From NCBI RefSeq assembly GCF_026571515.1, contig NW_026855294.1, forward strand, positions 186,001 through 250,000: a stretch of DNA of 64,000 nucleotides, given 5' to 3'. This document shows, piece by piece, positions 14,110 through 26,740 of this stretch (positions are counted from its first letter, which is position 1; each line of letters opens with the position of its first letter). The translations under genes and the position numbers were made by a program. The notes below the pieces were generated by a model. That model saw only the letters and a program-made list of their open reading frames with translations, was not told the DNA's origin and searched no databases. Source of the DNA: Ruditapes philippinarum. Its lineage: Eukaryota.

Positions 14110-14544
14110 TATTCCTCGCGAAATGTAGCGCAATTGCAAGAAAAATGCTGTATTCTATTTATGCGATTATTTCAACATAATTGTACACCACAAGTCAGTG
14201 TGTTTACCTCGGTTGGTATGCGTAAATATTTACGGATGTTTAATATTACTTCCTTTTTCGCACGTTTAATTAGGCCATTGTTAAATAAAAGTTTTCCTCT
14301 CGTGTACTGATAGTTAATATGTTGTAGTACAAAGACGCTTGTACGAGATTAGATATTTTACTTCAGCTGAACAAGCATTGGAAACGCAGACATTTTTAAA
14401 ATCAACTGATGTGTTATACGTACGACCTTACTAGTGCATGTATGTGATGAAATTAATACCGATACGAACAGGTTATGTAGTAAAATTGATGAAGGAGATG
14501 CGTGCGATAGTCATTTAATCCTTACCTACACCCTTGAACACAAA

Positions 14545-14617
14545 CGCGCGCGCGCGCGCACACACACACACACACACACGCACGCATACACACACACGCA
14601 CGCGCACGTACGCGTGC
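14545..14617. repeat. (CG)n/(CA)n microsatellite
   Basis: Seen directly in the sequence. Confidence 0.9.
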
Positions 14618-14924
14618 AAAGAATAACTCGCAAGAACTTGCGACGCCCTAGTAAAATTTTCTAACTGCAGCTGAAATATGGGCTTGACTATATCCCCGAC
14701 TTATTTTCGCGAACATATACTCTTTGATATCTATGTGACATTGATCTTTCTCCATGGTCTTTAATTGAAGCAGTAAAAAATTCAAGTCTCGATAGAAAAT
14801 GTTTCCTGATTGGACAGTTCCAAAAAGTCATCTCACAAAAGAAACCCAAAAACAACTACATGTAAAGAGCAGATTTTTGAATATGATTTTTTCTTCGAAA
14901 CATAGCAGATACTTCCATCCGATC

Positions 14925-16085
14925 ACCACTCACACAGCAAGCACTGCTTGCTGAACACTACTCATACAACGGACACTTTATGCTGAGCACTACTTACACA
15001 ACGGACACTTCATTCTAAGCACTACTTACACAATGGACACTTCATTCTAAGCACTACTTACACAATGGACACTTCATGCTGAGCACTACTTACACAATGG
15101 ACACTTCATGCTGAGCACTACTTACACAACGGAAACTTTATGCTGAGCACTACTTACACGATGTACACTTTATGCTGAGCACTACTTACACAATGGACAC
15201 TTTATGCTGAGCACTACTTACACAACGGACACTTCATTCTAAGCACTACTTACACAATGGACACTTCATGCTGAGCACTACTTACACAACGGAAACTTTA
15301 TGCTGAGCACTACTTACACGATGTACACTTTATGCTGATCACTACTTACACAACGGACACTTCATGCTAAGCACTTCTTACACAATTGACACTTCATTCT
15401 TAGCACTACTTACACAATAGACACTTCATGCTGAGCACTACTTGCACAACGGACACCTTATGCTGAACACAACTTACACAACGGACACTTCATGCTGAAC
15501 ACAACTTACACAACGGACACTTCATGCTGAGCACTACTTACACAACGGACACTTCATGCTGAGCACTACTTACATAATGGACACTTTATGCTGAGCACTT
15601 CTTACACAATGAACACTTTATGCTGAGCACTTCTTACATAATGGACACTTTATGCTGAGCACTTCTTACAGAATGACAAATCATGCTGAGCACTTCTTAC
15701 ACAACAGACACGTTATGCTGAGCACTTCTTACACAATGGACACTTCATGCTGATCACTAATAACAAAATGGACACTTCATACTGAGCACTAATAACACAA
15801 TGGACACTTTATGCTGAGCACTAATTACACAATGGACACTTGATGCTGAACACAACTTACACGAAGAACACTTTATGCTGAGCAATACTTACACAATGGA
15901 CACTTCATTCTTAGCACTACTAACACAATGGATTCTTCATTCTAAGCACTACTTACACAACGGACACTTCATGCTGAGCACAACTTACACAACGCACCAT
16001 GCTTGCTCAGCACCACTCAAACAGAAAACACTGCTTGCTTATCACCACTCACACAGAAAACACATCTTACTGAGCACTACGCATA
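14925..16085. repeat. 32-bp minisatellite, about 36 units
   Basis: Unit CTTACACAAYGGACACTTYATGCTGAGCACTA, period 32 (e.g. 14991, 15023, 15055). Confidence 0.95.
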
Positions 16086-16286
16086 AAATTATGCTGATGG
16101 AAATATGATGAAAACTTCTAAAAAGTGATATTTCTTTTACTGGCAACAATGGAATTAATAATAGTTCGAGGCTTAGTTTGACGGAATCCGTCGTTGAAAT
16201 GTTTCCTTAAATTGCAAGACAGTCCACAGCCACCTATGTAAGATGTAACCGGATTGGAGAAGCACATATAAGTAGCATATCTAAGT

Positions 16287-16450
16287 TGCAGTGGCCTAGT
16301 GGTCAAGGTGTCTGCCGCTCAACCCAGGGGTCATGGGTTCGAGCCCTAATCGGGTCATATGACACCAGTACTGGTTGGTTCCAGGAAGCGAAAAAGTGAT
16401 TTATAGAAGTTGCAAGAACTTGTTTCGCAATTAAGCTTCAATAAATATAT
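16287..16450 (+). mobile_element. tRNA-derived SINE
   Basis: GTGGCCTAGTGGTCAAGG (A box) and GGTTCGAGCCC (B box); related copies at about 38851-39012 (+) and 47999-48122 (-). Confidence 0.7.
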
Positions 16451-16979
16451 TTAATCTACATAATTATAAGCTGCAATCAAAAGATCCCAGTATTCAGATA
16501 TAGAGAAAAAGCCTGGTTTATATTGTGTTCTAATGAGTCGAAATTATGATCAGTTTATCAAATTTATTTACAAAACTTTGTGCTAACATTTAACAATCCA
16601 TTAATAGGTACAACTATATATAACCTCTGAAGAACGTCCCTCTGTAAAGCAATCACCTCTTAGCAAAACCGTATTTTTTCCGAAGTAAGACTACAAAACA
16701 ATGTAACCCATTTTTTGTCTCCCGAATAGTGTTCTGTAAAGATTGTACTGTTTATTGTAACACGATACCTTTTGCAAATACTGCAGTCCATACATACCAG
16801 TAAATATCCGAGAAAAAATGTTAATTATGAATTCCTTTATCATATCATAAAACACGGGTTACGTATTCGGGTGCAATATAACCAAAAGACCTGGCAAACA
16901 TAGATTATCTGAACAACAAATCGTGCGCTATATGATAACGCACGCGCGTGCTAGAAGAATTATGCATTAAATTATCACG

Positions 16980-19900
16980 TTAAATCATAGTAAAGAGTTT
17001 ATGGTTGAGATCATAAACCACCGCAGCAGCTACAGGTAGCATAACTAGACATCCGGTCAACCCTTCACCATTGATCAACCACTGCTGTCCGGTATATTTT
17101 CCGGGAGTATTAGTGTAAATGCTGCCTAACACAGTCGGGTTGTATATGTTCCAGAACCAGTGCATTATACTGCACGCCCACATAGAATAGCTGAAAAAAG
17201 GGAAAAAAGAGTTCAATCAAGACTCAACAAAATGCATGTACGAGTATAACTTACTAGTCATTGCAGTAAAACGGCATGTGTGGCGGCATGGTCGATTGGT
17301 TTAATGCGTCGGACTAGTAATCTATGGATCTCCCTGTCAGAGGCAAGCCATTGTTTCCTTGAGCAAGAAACATTACACTCGTTGCTCAGTACGGGTTGGT
17401 TCCAGGAACGGATTCGAGAGCGTGCCTATAAGCTTATAGCGTCCTACACAATACTTCTAAAATAAATTCTGTATTTGTTTGTTTTCTTCGGTTTGTTTAA
17501 CGGAGCACAATCACAATTTAGGTCATATAGCGCTGAAGCAGGAGGGATGATTTTGGTTAACCTCGGCAAGGTTTTGAAGCATATAATGTTGTACGTTGTT
17601 AAAAAGAAATCAATTTTACTTAAAAAATAATTCACTCCATTCAAAGCAATTTCATCGCCATTTACGTACCCAGATTTCACAGCTAGCCACCCATGAGGAA
17701 ATGCGGAGAGTAAACATGACACACTCTGCACGATCACTGTTATATATGGACGCGAAGGTTTGAGTCTGTAAGTCAACAAAATCATCACAGGCACGTGGAA
17801 GAGTCCCCAAACAATACCACTGAAATAAAAGAGTAAAGATACATTTATTGTTAAGAAGACCACTGTGCATATCCATATCGGTACCCTCTTTGCGAAATAT
17901 GCTCAAACGGTACCCCCTCTGAACATGCACAGGTCATTCTCTGCTAAAAACAAACCAGCGATGGATACCAATCCAGTAAAATTTTATTGTAATAAGGAAA
18001 GGAGGATTGTCACGTAGAAAAGATGTATACCACGGAACACTAGGATGTTTTATTTTTGTGCTGATTTGTCATGTGCCCGATTTTCATGTACTGCAACTTC
18101 ACAATAAGCTACAAAAAATCGACGTGTCTTGCTTCGCCCACCACCTCGACGTATTTTTCGGGCTGAAATGAACCTGTGACTTGATTATATATGCATCATA
18201 CATATTTAATATGTTCATAAACATATCATCTTCGGACAAATGGCAGTATATTGTCAAAAATAAATGTGAAATTCATAAAAACACCCTACTTTCGGTTTTG
18301 CAGCGGCACGGGCTAACTCTCTTCCTTTGAACTTTTATATCACAGGCACCCTCTTATTATTGAACACATAGGTACCCTCAAAGCACGACATATGCTTTTA
18401 TTTGCGTTAATTGTTAAGTATGTAATAATTACATAAATTTAAAGTAAAAAGTATTACATACACACTTAACGATTAACGCAAATAAAAGCATATGTCGTGC
18501 TTTGAGGGTACTATATGTTACAATACCTATGTGTTCAATAATGAGAGGGTGCCTGTGATATCAAAATACAAATGAAGAGAGGTAGCCCGTGCCGCTGCAA
18601 AACCGAAAGTAGTGTGTTTTTATGAATTTTACATTTATTTTTGACAATATACTGCCATTTGTCCGAAGATGATATTTATATGAACATATTAAATATGTAT
18701 GATGCATATATAATCAAGCCACAGTTCATTTCAGCCCGAAAAATATGTCGAGTTGATGGGCGAAGCAAGACACGTCGATTTTTTGTAGCTTATTGTGAAG
18801 TTGCAGTACATGAAAATCGGGCACATGACAAATCAGCACAAAAATAAAACGTCCTAGTGTTCCGTGGAATACATCTTTTCTACGTGACATACCTCCTTTC
18901 CTTATTACAATAAAATTTTACTGGATTGGTATCCATCGCTGGTTTGTTTTTAGCAGAGAATGACCTGTGCATGTTCAAAGAGGGTACCGTTTGAGCAGAT
19001 CTCGCAAAGAGGGTACCGATATGGATATGCACCGTGAAGACTGTAGAATAAAAAGCATTACTGAAAAAAATGTAGGAAAAGATATGTTTTATTCCAAGTG
19101 ATTGTTCGATTAACAAGTTCATTGGTTGGTTGGGTTTTACGACGCACCTATACAGAAAATGTCAAATGGCGTCTTTCCAGCTTTTATGGTGGAGCAAGAT
19201 CTCAGGTATCCTTCAATGTCACTGACACCTGAAAACAACCACCACCAAAGCTAGCTGGATAGTTTTCTCATATGAAAGAATTCTGTCCCAAGTGAGATTG
19301 GAACTTATAGCGGTGAGGGCAAATGATTTAAGTTTATGTTTAAGTGATGTTTATACTTTGTCAGTAACAGTCTTAAAGCCTCCAGATTAATGCTAATTTT
19401 CATGAACAATTTTGAAATATGTGAAAACGTATAATAATGTGTAGTGACCAAAAGGAAGCAATTGCACCTAATTAATTGCACTTGCAATTCACGTAAATTA
19501 CTGAAATGAGGTAAAAATGTGCAAAAAAAGCCCTTACTGCATTAGTAACGCAGTACAAATATAGTCATAATATTGGAAAAATTAACCACATATAACATGT
19601 TAATTATTACTTGAATCTTTAACATTTTTACATTCCTGAAGTCTAAGTAATATATTTTTAAGTTATTGAAATATTTTGGATTATCTGGAGGCATGTAGCT
19701 TTAATGTGTCTATAGAAATGTGATTTATAGAATAAGGTAACAAAACAGAACCGTGTGGTAAGTACAAGTAATGTTAAAATAATTGAATACCGTCAGATGT
19801 GTGCAAAGCTTAGTAAACAAGGGAGACAAATGCATACAGACTGCAAGGTGTTCCTTTTTATAAAGCATGTATCCCGAGCTAGTTGTGTATTATAATATTG

Positions 19901-22900
19901 AAAATGTTGTTTACTTTTAATATTGATATCTTTTAATAACGGACCCAATTTTATGTTCCTTTTAATAAGGCAAGTATTGAAAGATTTAACAAAAGCACCG
20001 CTAGGCGGAGCATAATATGCCCGAAGGTGTTTTTTAGTAAGGATGAAGTATTTGTTAGGCATGGGAATTAAATAAAGTATCAATTGGGGTCTTGTGATCC
20101 CAAAATTAAAAGGGGTCTTATACCCAATATGACAATCATCCTATGAAGTTTGAATATTGTGGGCCAAATGCAACTTATGTTCTGGAAACTGTTTTCAGTT
20201 TTAAGGTACTAGTGACCTTGACCTTTGACCTTGTGACCCCAAAATCAAATCAATAGGGGTCTTGTACCAAATATGGACAATATGATCCGGAAACAAATTG
20301 CTAACGGACGGGCGCCAGGGGGTATAACATAATATGCCCGACATTCTATGCCCGACATTCTTTCGGGCATATAAAAAGCAAAGCGCAGATATTGCACGTT
20401 TTATAATCATATATATTTATTTATTTATTAACATAATAAACAACAAGAACGCCACACTCGCTCATTACCTTATAGTAAATGCAGTTAGAACAGAAAATCT
20501 GTCAAGCAGACACGGTAGTAGGAAACATCTCCAACCAATCTCCTCACCAGCTGCCCGTAGAAAACCGGACAACCTACTTTTATTGTGCTCATGTATGCTG
20601 TGTTTACGAATCTCCACTTTAACATGTGATGCAAGAAATAATAAGATGAAATGTGAAAAATATTAAATTGCAATGTGAAAAATATATAAACGAAAAATTA
20701 ATTATATTATTGTAAAGTGAAAACTATAAAAATGCACTGTGAAATATATAAACGAAATACGAAAAAAATATGGAACTGCAATGTGAAACATATGTAATTG
20801 CAATGCGGAAAATATATCATTGTAACGTGAAAATATGAAATTGCATTATGAAAAATATAAAATGTGAAAAATCACGGATTTATCCGTGGAAAAATATCAA
20901 AATCCAATGTGAAAAATATAAAATTGCAATGCAAAAAAATATAATCAGATCGTCGGTGAATCAACTCCTTTGGCAAAACATTAAATATAACAAGCCCGTA
21001 ACGTCTGATATATTGCACATAGAACGATTGACCCTTACGTTTTTTTAAATGCTGTTCAAAGAACACAAGAAGCAGGACTATGAAACAAAACACACAAAAA
21101 AATCATCTGTTAAACTTCTCTTGTGGAGTCCTGACCGACCTGACCATCTAATTCGCATGATTTTGAATACATTTATTACTCCGTAGTCCGTAACCTACGA
21201 TCGTGGGACATATAAATAAAATCTCGGGACATTTCGCACGTGGCCCATAATGTCCGACTAGCCTTTGTAGATTTGGCTACCTGGGTTTGATATTGAAATA
21301 CTTATATTTACGACATTTTTAAAGGGACTTCACTGAGATTTTTAGAAATGGCGGGACTGGAAATAATGTATTGAGATAATAGTTCCATTTGATGTAGGCC
21401 AAACCAATTACCTGTATGCAAATTTTTGGATCATTAGCTCACTCCGTTATTCCAGAATGATTATTGTTTTCTTGAAAAAATTATCCAAAATTGAAAAACA
21501 TTGCAACGCTTTTTAATTAATTCGGGCTAAGAATAGATTATCAATTTTATCATCTATGTATATTCTTAATCATCTTTTAAATACCTTTCCGTTTTCAATG
21601 CACCAGCTGTTTTATGTAGGAAATAAACAATTTGTTTTAGGCTTTTAGACCTAAATGGAGTTCCTTTCAGCTTTTAATTAAAGCTTCTTATTCAATCTGC
21701 ATTATTTATTATTTGTAATTATTATGTGAATAAAATACTGTTAAAACTTCACAATTCAAAATTTAAAGCCAGCCAAATCCGTATAATATATTTACTAAGA
21801 TGCAAAAGTTATAAGGTTAATAAATGTTGGTTTTAATGAATTATTAGACACGTGTTACTATAAACGTGACGGTACATCATAATGAAATAAAACAAAACAT
21901 TCAAGTGGGTATTATGACATAATAACTTACTTGAATTAGTGTTATAAAACAATTATTGGCTTGCCTCATTCTTTTGCAGTCTTTTTCGTAATCAAGTACG
22001 AAATTTCTTTGTTTTTTTTAAGAAAATAGAAAATAGTCATTGCATTCAAAATGCCCAAGACTTTGCATGGAGTCTGTATTAAGTAAATACTCACCTGGTT
22101 TTGCCCATCCCATGTTAACAGCTATAAGCACACATGCTTCTACGATGCAATAAACGATAGCAACCGCCAAAATGCTGAAAACGATGCACCTAACCGGCTG
22201 AAAAATGTAATATAATGTAAAGGCCCATTCTGCCCCAGAAATGCCTAATGTATTTCTTGGTGTCGATCTTGTAATGGTTTCCAAAGAGGATACTCATTGG
22301 TATTTTACCAGCATCATTTTTCATTGCATTTTTTTTTCAAGTAATAAGCATCTAACATACTTTAAAACCATTACTTAAACATTGTTATCACGTTTGCCTT
22401 TTCTAATTCAGTAAATAAATTAGTTTCTGTGCCTTTAAATTCAGCAAGTTTAAGAATAGATAAGTTGTAATAAAACAAAATACTTTTGTTAAGGACTTAA
22501 CAAGAAAGCGCAACAACAAAAGTATTTGTACCGGGCAAGCTAATATATTTATAATTCAATAACAAAAAATTTGTACCGAAATGGCTAAAATGTATACAAC
22601 GAATACATTTGAATTATCTGAAAACAAAAAAAAACATTTCTACCTGCATATAATTAAACCACAACACTAAAACACTTAAAATGTAGAAATGTTTATAATT
22701 TAACCACAAAATGTTTGTACCCGACTACTTTATTTACTTACATAATATGTTAAATATTATTTAATAGCAAAACATTCGTTATACCAAAATAAATGAAAAT
22801 TTGTTGTAGAAATTTCGATTTATAGCTGATTTATTTTATTCAATTACAATTAATTGGTAGCATAATTTCTTGTTGCATAAAGGGTAAATAGGACACATTT

Positions 22901-23229
22901 GTGCCCATTCAATTTTTGTTTCAGATGTTGTTTCCTAATGTAACGATCATGCCCTTACTAACTATCAATGACAGGTAAAGTTTACATATTGCATTTATGA
23001 AATAAATAATTACATTGGATAAATTTTATAACAAGTTTTAACTTACCTCGTTTGCACCCGACAGTTTGTTCATAAAAGACACAAATTCTCCATTTGCTGC
23101 TACCCAAATCAGTGATGTCGCACCTGGGAAAAACATGGCCAAGGCCAAAAACGAAAAACTCGCGTCACGTAAAACGTAAACCCATAATGCAGTAATACTC
23201 AAAACAAACGCTGCGAATACCAAACACAT
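16980..23229 (-). CDS. CPBP/Abi (type II CAAX protease) family intramembrane glutamic endopeptidase, copy B, about 242 aa, 5 coding exons
   Basis: Exons (minus): 23229-23047, 22197-22095, 20550-20469, 17819-17670, 17190-16980; GT-AG introns, phases 0,1,2,2. Protein MCLVFAAF...AMFFPG...AGEEIGWRCFLLPCL...SGIVWGLFHVP...WLAVKSGYSMWACSIMHWFWN...INGEGLTG...; same intron positions as copy A. Confidence 0.88.
17861..19036. mobile_element. Second copy of the foldback Transib/RAG-like element
   Basis: Ends are CACTGTG...CACCGTG with 5-bp TSD AAGAC (17856-17860 and 19037-19041). The paralogous empty site with a single AAGAC is at about 10388-10392. Confidence 0.92.
19373..19704. mobile_element. TTAA-target MITE family 1 copy in CPBP-B intron 3
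   Basis: Reverse-oriented homolog of 36479-36837, TTAA on both sides, absent from the paralogous site at about 10720-10735. Confidence 0.8.
19988..20376 (+). mobile_element. Helentron-associated (HINE/pearl-like) non-autonomous element
   Basis: 5' AACAAAAG..ATAATATGCCCG, GACCTTGACCTTTGACC core, GGACGG, and 3' hairpin TATGCCCG..CGGGCATA followed by A's; absent from copy A. Confidence 0.65.
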
Positions 23230-23656
23230 TATTCCTCGCGAAATAAAACTCAACTGCAAGAAAAATGCTGTATTCTATTTATGCGATTATTTCAACATTA
23301 TTGTACACCACAATTCAGTGTGTTTACCTCGGATGGTATGCATATAAACGAATGTTCTTACTTCCTTTATCATGTGCTTAATTAGGTCATTGTTAAATAA
23401 AAGTTTTCGTTAAATCTACTGATAATGAATATTCTAGTGCATATAAAGCTTGTACGAGAATAGATATTTTACTTCAACTGAACCAGCCATATTGGAATGG
23501 CAGATATGTTGAAAATCAATAACTGATGCGATTGTGTGGCATGTACGAGCTAATTGTCTGTGATGAAATTAATACAGATGTGTTGGAAAATTGGAAAAGA
23601 TAACTGAATGCGTGCATTATTTATTTAATTCTTCACACTCTGTCTGCTTAGTTCTA

Positions 23657-24440
23657 ATCACACAGCGGACACTGCCTACTGACCATCACTCGCACAACAA
23701 ACATTGCCTACTGAGCAACACGCAAACAGGAAACAATGCTTGCTGAACCCCACCTACACAACAAACACTGCCTGCTGAACCCCAACTACACAACGGACAG
23801 TGCCTGCTGAGCACTTCTCACATAACAAACACGTCATGCTGTGCACTACTTAACAACAGACACTGCCTGCTGAGCGACACTCACACGGAAAACACTGCTT
23901 AATGAGAACCACTCATACAGCAAACACTGCTTGATGAGACTACTCACACAGGGGACACTTCATGCTGTGCACAACTTTCACAACGAACACTGCCTGCTGC
24001 TTAGCAGCACTCAGCAGCACTTACACAGTAAACGCTACTCATATAACGGACACTTCATGCTGTGCACTACTTAAACAACAAACACTGCCTGCTGAACAGC
24101 ACTCACACGGCAAACACTGATTTCTGAGTACTACTCACACAACGGACACCTCATGCTGTGCACTACTTACGCAGAAAACACTGCTTGCTGAGCACCACTA
24201 ACATAACGAACAATTGATGTTGTGTACAACTTACACCACGGACACTGCCTGCTAAGCATCACTCACCAAAACAAAAACAACTGTTTGCTGAACCTACTCA
24301 CACAACAAACACTGCCTGCTCCGCAGCACTCACACAGAAAATACTGCTTGCTGAGTTTCACTCACACAACAAATACTCTTTTCTTACATTACTCACACAA
24401 CGGACGTTTCATGCCATACACTACTTACAAAACGGACACC
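23657..24440. repeat. Diverged paralog of the 32-bp minisatellite, about 24 units
   Basis: CACAACRRACACTKCMTGCTGAGCAC-type units upstream of CPBP copy B. Confidence 0.9.
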
Positions 24441-25115
24441 ACTTGATCTTGGTTTTTTCCCCTTATATAAGTCAATTAGTTAATCATGTTTAAGCAAATT
24501 CTTATAACTGGCACTGAACACTTTCGAGTCAGCTTCCTGAAAAGAATCAGTACTGTGATATGAGGAAACATGGTCATAACATGAGTAGAACTTTTTCAAA
24601 TGATCATTGAACATGTTCAGGTTAAAGGCCAAGTATGGAACGCAGTGATGGACTATTTTTGCAAGAGCGCATGCGCAAATAATTTTTGTTCGATGATTTA
24701 CATGACCTTGAAATTGCAGATAAAACTACTGTTAGTTAATAAGGCGGTCAATAGTCTCAAATTGATTCAAAGAACTATGTGTTTAAGTATTAATAATAAG
24801 AGGTCAGATTGGTCCAGAGCCGAGAGGCTATGGTTGATATAGACAACCATGGTATTCCTTGTTCAACAGACCGGAACCATTTAAGCATTTTTTTTTGTTT
24901 AAAACTACCAAATTATAACTGCTGAACATGTTCATCAAAACCTACAGAGTGGTAAAGGACGATGTGTCGTTTAAAGTGTTTTTTCTACTTTGGACTAAGA
25001 CGACCATCTTGTTCAGCCGAACGAACTCACAAGCTGTTTAATATAGAGGAACGCTAAGGATCATTCCTGTAAACTTACAAAATCATTGGCCAAGCAGTAT
25101 AAGAAAGTAAAATTG

Positions 25116-25430
25116 TTAAAGCTACATGCCTCCAGATGTATCAAAATATTTCAATAAAATCAAACTTCAGACAAATGTACTAAGATGTAAGCAAAAATAA
25201 AACGTTTCAAGATGCAAGTAATATTTTACATATTATGTGCGATTAATGACATAATTTTCAGTATTTACAACTTTATTTCTACTGCGTTACTAACGCATAT
25301 TTTAACCACTTTTTGATAATTTACGTGGTTTGTAAGTGCCATTGATAATGTGTAAATTGCTTCCTTTAGGAAACTTCACAATATTACACATTCAAATACA
25401 TTTTTAAAATTAATAGGCGTGCTGCTTTAA
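25116..25430. mobile_element. TTAA-target MITE family 1 copy
   Basis: TTAAAGCTACATGCCTCCAGAT...GGCGTGCTGCTTTAA; colinear with 36479-36837. Confidence 0.78.
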
Positions 25431-26382
25431 GATGATTACGACGGACGCTAGGCATTTGGGTATCACAATAGCTTTATGCTAATATGAGCTAAAAATGTAA
25501 AAAGAATAACGAAACTATAGGAAAGAGTTTTAAACAAATTGTAAAGATAATACTGTGTATTTATAGCAAACATATCTCATTCATAGCTCAAATTAAATCA
25601 CATAGACTTTTATTTACAGAAAATGGTACAACTGTTTTTCTACATACTCTCAGAAATTCAGAGAATTTCAGTATCAATTTGGAAAAAAATGATATCTGAA
25701 ATTAAAATTCGGAAAAAAGTTGGGAATAAAATTGAATGTAATTAAAGGGGATTACAATGATGATCATATAAAAAATGTACAGAATAAACATGTAGAATTC
25801 ATAATTTAAACCAATATGGCAGTAAAATCATCCAATAAATCACTAATTATTAAAAATAATACAAAAATAAAAACTGCTCAATGCAATTCTAAAAGTATTC
25901 AATTTATAAAACATACAAGAACAATGCAAAACATGCTATTTTCAGAAATAATTAAAGAGGTTAATTGAAATTCTAGTAAACTCAATCAACCCTTGTCTTG
26001 TTGGGTGCAAAAGTGATTAGCCTTTGCCACAAGTATGGTATGCATGCCCGTGACGTCTGACCAGACTCTATACAGTTGGCTGACCAACTTTTACTTTCAT
26101 CTTGAATTCCCCAAAATTGACAATGGAAAGTTCCAAAAATGGAACCTTGACAAGTTCATTCAAGAAATTCAGGGAAAAGCTCGATCGTGATGACAGCAAC
26201 GAGGCTCAAACTCTCGACCTGCAACTAACCAGAGCTTGTGTTATGTGAGAAAATGTTGAAATCCTATACGATATTTTTGACTGAGGCACAGACCCCTGAA
26301 TCATCCAAGCCATTTCGCCTCTCTCGTAAAGTAATAAACTTAATTGCAGCATCAATGAATTGTTTAAAGTATTATAGTATAT

Positions 26383-26732
26383 TTAAAGGCACATAATGTC
26401 TAAAAAAACAACATTTTTTTCCTTATTTAGAAAGAGCAAACATGGGTTTGATATTTAGAGCATGTTAATTAAATGCTTATCACCTGTTGATAGGAGCGTT
26501 GAACGTAAAATTAGTTGTAGTATAAGCAGCAAAATAAGCAAGTGGTATCAAAAAAACTTAAAATCATTATAACTGTACTAATTACCGAAAAGCAAGATAA
26601 TTACCGAAAAGCAACAGAGGAATAAGACTAACAGCTGGATGGCAAATGAGTAACTTTTTTGAAATTGTAACATGACATCAATAATAAGAAAATACAAATG
26701 TATAAGCTTTCCTAGGCATAATAGACCTTTAA
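26383..26732. mobile_element. TTAA-target MITE family 2 copy directly after the orphan gene stop codon
   Basis: TTAAAGGCACATAATGTC...GGCATAATAGACCTTTAA. Confidence 0.65.
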
Positions 26733-26740
26733 CTTAAGTT

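Noticed and set aside
14925-16085. CRISPR-like regular 32-bp periodicity, and ORFs 15875-16108 and 24222-24446
   Set aside because: Units are head-to-tail with no unique spacers and there are no cas genes in this eukaryotic context; the ORFs are by-products of the repeat.
16287-16360. tRNA gene
   Set aside because: A and B boxes are present but there is no complete cloverleaf, and the sequence continues into a body shared with other dispersed copies, so it is a SINE head.
5406-23229. Bacterial contamination as the source of the CPBP genes
   Set aside because: Both genes have GT-AG introns filled with repeats that also occur around the Aurora and Irx-like genes.
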